Assembly (NCBI GenBank): GCA_009695045.1
Contig: SIBS01000002.1
Span: 92,774 to 149,594 of the forward strand
Length of the DNA: 56,821 nucleotides
Reading direction: 5' to 3'
DNA from: Candidatus Levyibacteriota bacterium
GTDB lineage: Bacteria; Patescibacteriota; Microgenomatia; Levybacterales; UBA12049
The first letter of the stretch is position 1. Every line of letters starts with the position of its first letter. The notes beneath the pieces are model-generated. The model saw only the letters and a program-made list of their open reading frames with translations, was not told the DNA's origin and did no database searches. Below, piece by piece: positions 55,382-56,821 of this stretch. The translations under genes and the position numbers were made by a program.

Positions 55382-55741
55382 TTGGCCCTGGTATATCTTA
55401 ATGGCTTAGAAGAGATACTCTCGGGTTTTCAATTTGATGATCCATGGATGGTCTGGTTTGGCAATCTTTTTGAAACTAAGACAGAAGTTTTTTACTGGAC
55501 CTTCCATATCATGTGGTGGATTTTAGTGCCTGTTGCGGTATTTCTGCTGATTGGAGGCAGAAAAATGGTTTACACTTTATTAGCACTCTTTGGCCTAGTA
55601 TATTTTACCGAGATTCATCACACCCTTAAGGGATTACTGTCGGATGGGTATTATCCAGGCATGGTAACAAGCGTTATTTACCCTATCTTGGGTATATTTT
55701 ACTGGAGACAGTTATCAAAGGATTGGAAAAGGAATAATTAA
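55382..55741 (+). CDS. HXXEE-domain-like membrane protein, variant motif NGLEE, TTG start
   Basis: LNGLEEI aligns with HGLEEY of the next ORF. 3 TM helices and EIHH further on. Confidence 0.45.
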   Translation: MALVYLNGLEEILSGFQFDDPWMVWFGNLFETKTEVFYWTFHIMWWILVPVAVFLLIGGRKMVYTLLALFGLVYFTEIHHTLKGLLSDGYYPGMVTSVIYPILGIFYWRQLSKDWKRNN

Positions 55742-55966
55742 ATGCTATCAAAAAAACTAAGAAATATTTTTATTATTTCAATACCGGTTTTTATTGCACA
55801 CGGTTTGGAGGAGTATTTTACTAATTTTTACAACCTAGACTCATTCTCAAGATTTGCGTTTGCTCCATTTGATAATATGACTGTGCCTCAAGCAACTTTT
55901 CTGCTTTTTCAGATAATGATTTGGATTTTGCTCATTACTTCTGCTCTTTTGATACTGGGTGGCTGA
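55742..55966 (+). CDS. HXXEE domain protein, N-terminal fragment ending inside tRNA-His
   Basis: IAHGLEEYF is the HXXEE signature. It is only 74 aa, and its last 9 nt including the TGA stop overlap the 3' end of the antisense tRNA-His gene. Confidence 0.5.
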   Translation: MLSKKLRNIFIISIPVFIAHGLEEYFTNFYNLDSFSRFAFAPFDNMTVPQATFLLFQIMIWILLITSALLILGG

Positions 55967-56030
55967 CGGGATTCGAACCCGCGACGACTAGCTCCACAAG
56001 CTAGTGCTCTACCACTGAGCTACAACCACC
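55958..56030 (-). tRNA. tRNA-His (anticodon GUG) with genomically encoded G-1
   Basis: The reverse complement reads G(-1)-GTGGTTG-TA-GCTC-AGTGGTA-GAGC-A-CTAGC-TTGTGGA-GCTAG-TCGTC-GCGGG-TTCGAAT-CCCGT-CAGCCAC-C. G-1 pairs with C73. Confidence 0.9.
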
Positions 56031-56158
56031 ATGAATTCCACAAAAAGTATAACATAATAGGCACAATTCATCAAATAACAACGAGGGAAATTAAAGATTG
56101 AATAAAAATATCATAAATAGACATTTTTAATTACAAAAAGAGTATTTTATTATACTTG

Positions 56159-56231
56159 TGCGCCTGACAGGAATCGAACCTGTAACCTACTCCTTAGAAG
56201 GGAGTTGCTCTATCCGTTGAGCTACAAGCGC
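56159..56231 (-). tRNA. tRNA-Arg (anticodon UCU)
   Basis: The reverse complement reads GCGCTTG-TA-GCTC-AACGGATA-GAGC-A-ACTCC-CTTCTAA-GGAGT-AGGTT-ACAGG-TTCGATT-CCTGT-CAGGCGC-A. Confidence 0.9.
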
Positions 56232-56298
56232 ATGAATTACATATCTAATATTTCTTTTAAAGAAAAACGTAAATATTGAGATTTTTTTTATTTCTTAG

Positions 56299-56369
56299 AG
56301 CGGGTGAAGAGAATCGAACTCTCGTGACAACTTTGGAAAAGTTGCGTTCTACCATTGAACTACACCCGC
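56299..56369 (-). tRNA. tRNA-Gly (anticodon UCC)
   Basis: The reverse complement reads GCGGGTG-TA-GTTC-AATGGTA-GAAC-G-CAACT-TTTCCAA-AGTTG-TCAC-GAGAG-TTCGATT-CTCTT-CACCCGC-T. Confidence 0.9.
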
Positions 56370-56673
56370 ATACGTGAAGTAATTATACTAAAATTTCAAT
56401 TTTTACTCAAGGATATGAAGATTTAATTATTGACCTTATATTTTTATTTATTTTATTAATATATTTTCTAAAAAATTTTTGTAATTTTAATACTACTATA
56501 AATATGTAGCATAATTAATCTCTATTTTTATTAGAATTTTTAACTAAATAAAATTTATATAAAAATATCAATTATAAAAATCTTCTTGAATTTTGTCATT
56601 GATGGGGAAGATGCACCACGTAATCAATTCTACCATTACCAACAGGTACAAAAAACTGCAATTTCGTATCTTG

Positions 56674-56747
<74 letters not shown>

Positions 56748-56792
56748 TAATAATTGAGACTATTTATTTTTTCTTTTATTTCAATTTTATTG

Positions 56793-56821
56793 TGCCGAGG
56801 AAGAGACTCGAACTCTTATGT
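56793..56821 (-). tRNA. Partial tRNA (3' acceptor strand and T-arm only; the rest lies outside the window), possibly Leu
   Basis: The reverse complement ends ...AAGAG-TTCGAGT-CTCTT-CCTCGGC-A. A GCCGAGG acceptor start is common in tRNA-Leu, but the anticodon is not visible. Confidence 0.6.

Noticed and set aside
56596-56672. Possible extra or degenerate tRNA in the 304-nt gap between tRNA-Gly and tRNA-Pro.
   Set aside because: Only a roughly 10-nt D-arm-like match to tRNA-Gly is present. I could not fold any acceptor stem, anticodon arm or T-arm (no GTTCRANNC).

Overview
This is a 56.8-kb, very AT-rich, gene-dense bacterial chromosome segment read with the standard genetic code (TGA acts as a stop). 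My hand counts on roughly 120-nt samples give about 30-32% GC in core genes. I call about 55 protein genes, 10 complete tRNA genes and one tRNA cut by the window edge. There is no rRNA, no CRISPR array and no intact mobile element. By inference only, the gene content suggests a reduced-genome, CPR/Patescibacteria-like organism. The supporting signs are domain-minimised housekeeping proteins (UvrC without an HhH domain, pyruvate kinase without a C-domain, a short HolA), DUF5667, membrane-anchored solute-binding and SurA-like proteins, and GT-C/DUF2079 envelope proteins. The window is rich in DNA repair and SOS genes: uvrB-lexA (divergent), uvrA, uvrC, dinB, rarA, rnhB, yraN, a GIY-YIG ORF and a DUF2130 nuclease-like ORF. 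It also carries a minus-strand sugar-phosphate and lower-glycolysis cluster (pmm, cupin PMI, PGI/PMI, ppsA, eno, gpmA). The observations most worth follow-up are: (1) more than 20 genes carry a TATAAT-like, often TG-extended, -10 box only 5-7 nt before the start codon, which suggests pervasive leaderless expression; (2) a direct repeat TTCG-N7-TTCGTA sits inside the lexA promoter and recurs upstream of an 84-aa orphan ORF, making it a candidate non-canonical SOS operator; (3) dinB has ATT exactly where its start codon should be, next to an IS1595 remnant; (4) a GIY-YIG ORF is squeezed between two tRNAs; (5) a compositionally mosaic accessory stretch at 52.2-56.0 kb ends at the 3' end of tRNA-His. 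That stretch holds two very low-GC orphan genes, then a higher-GC metal-binding/HXXEE islet whose last ORF runs into the tRNA. I could not run any homology search, so all family calls rest on motif recognition in the supplied translations.
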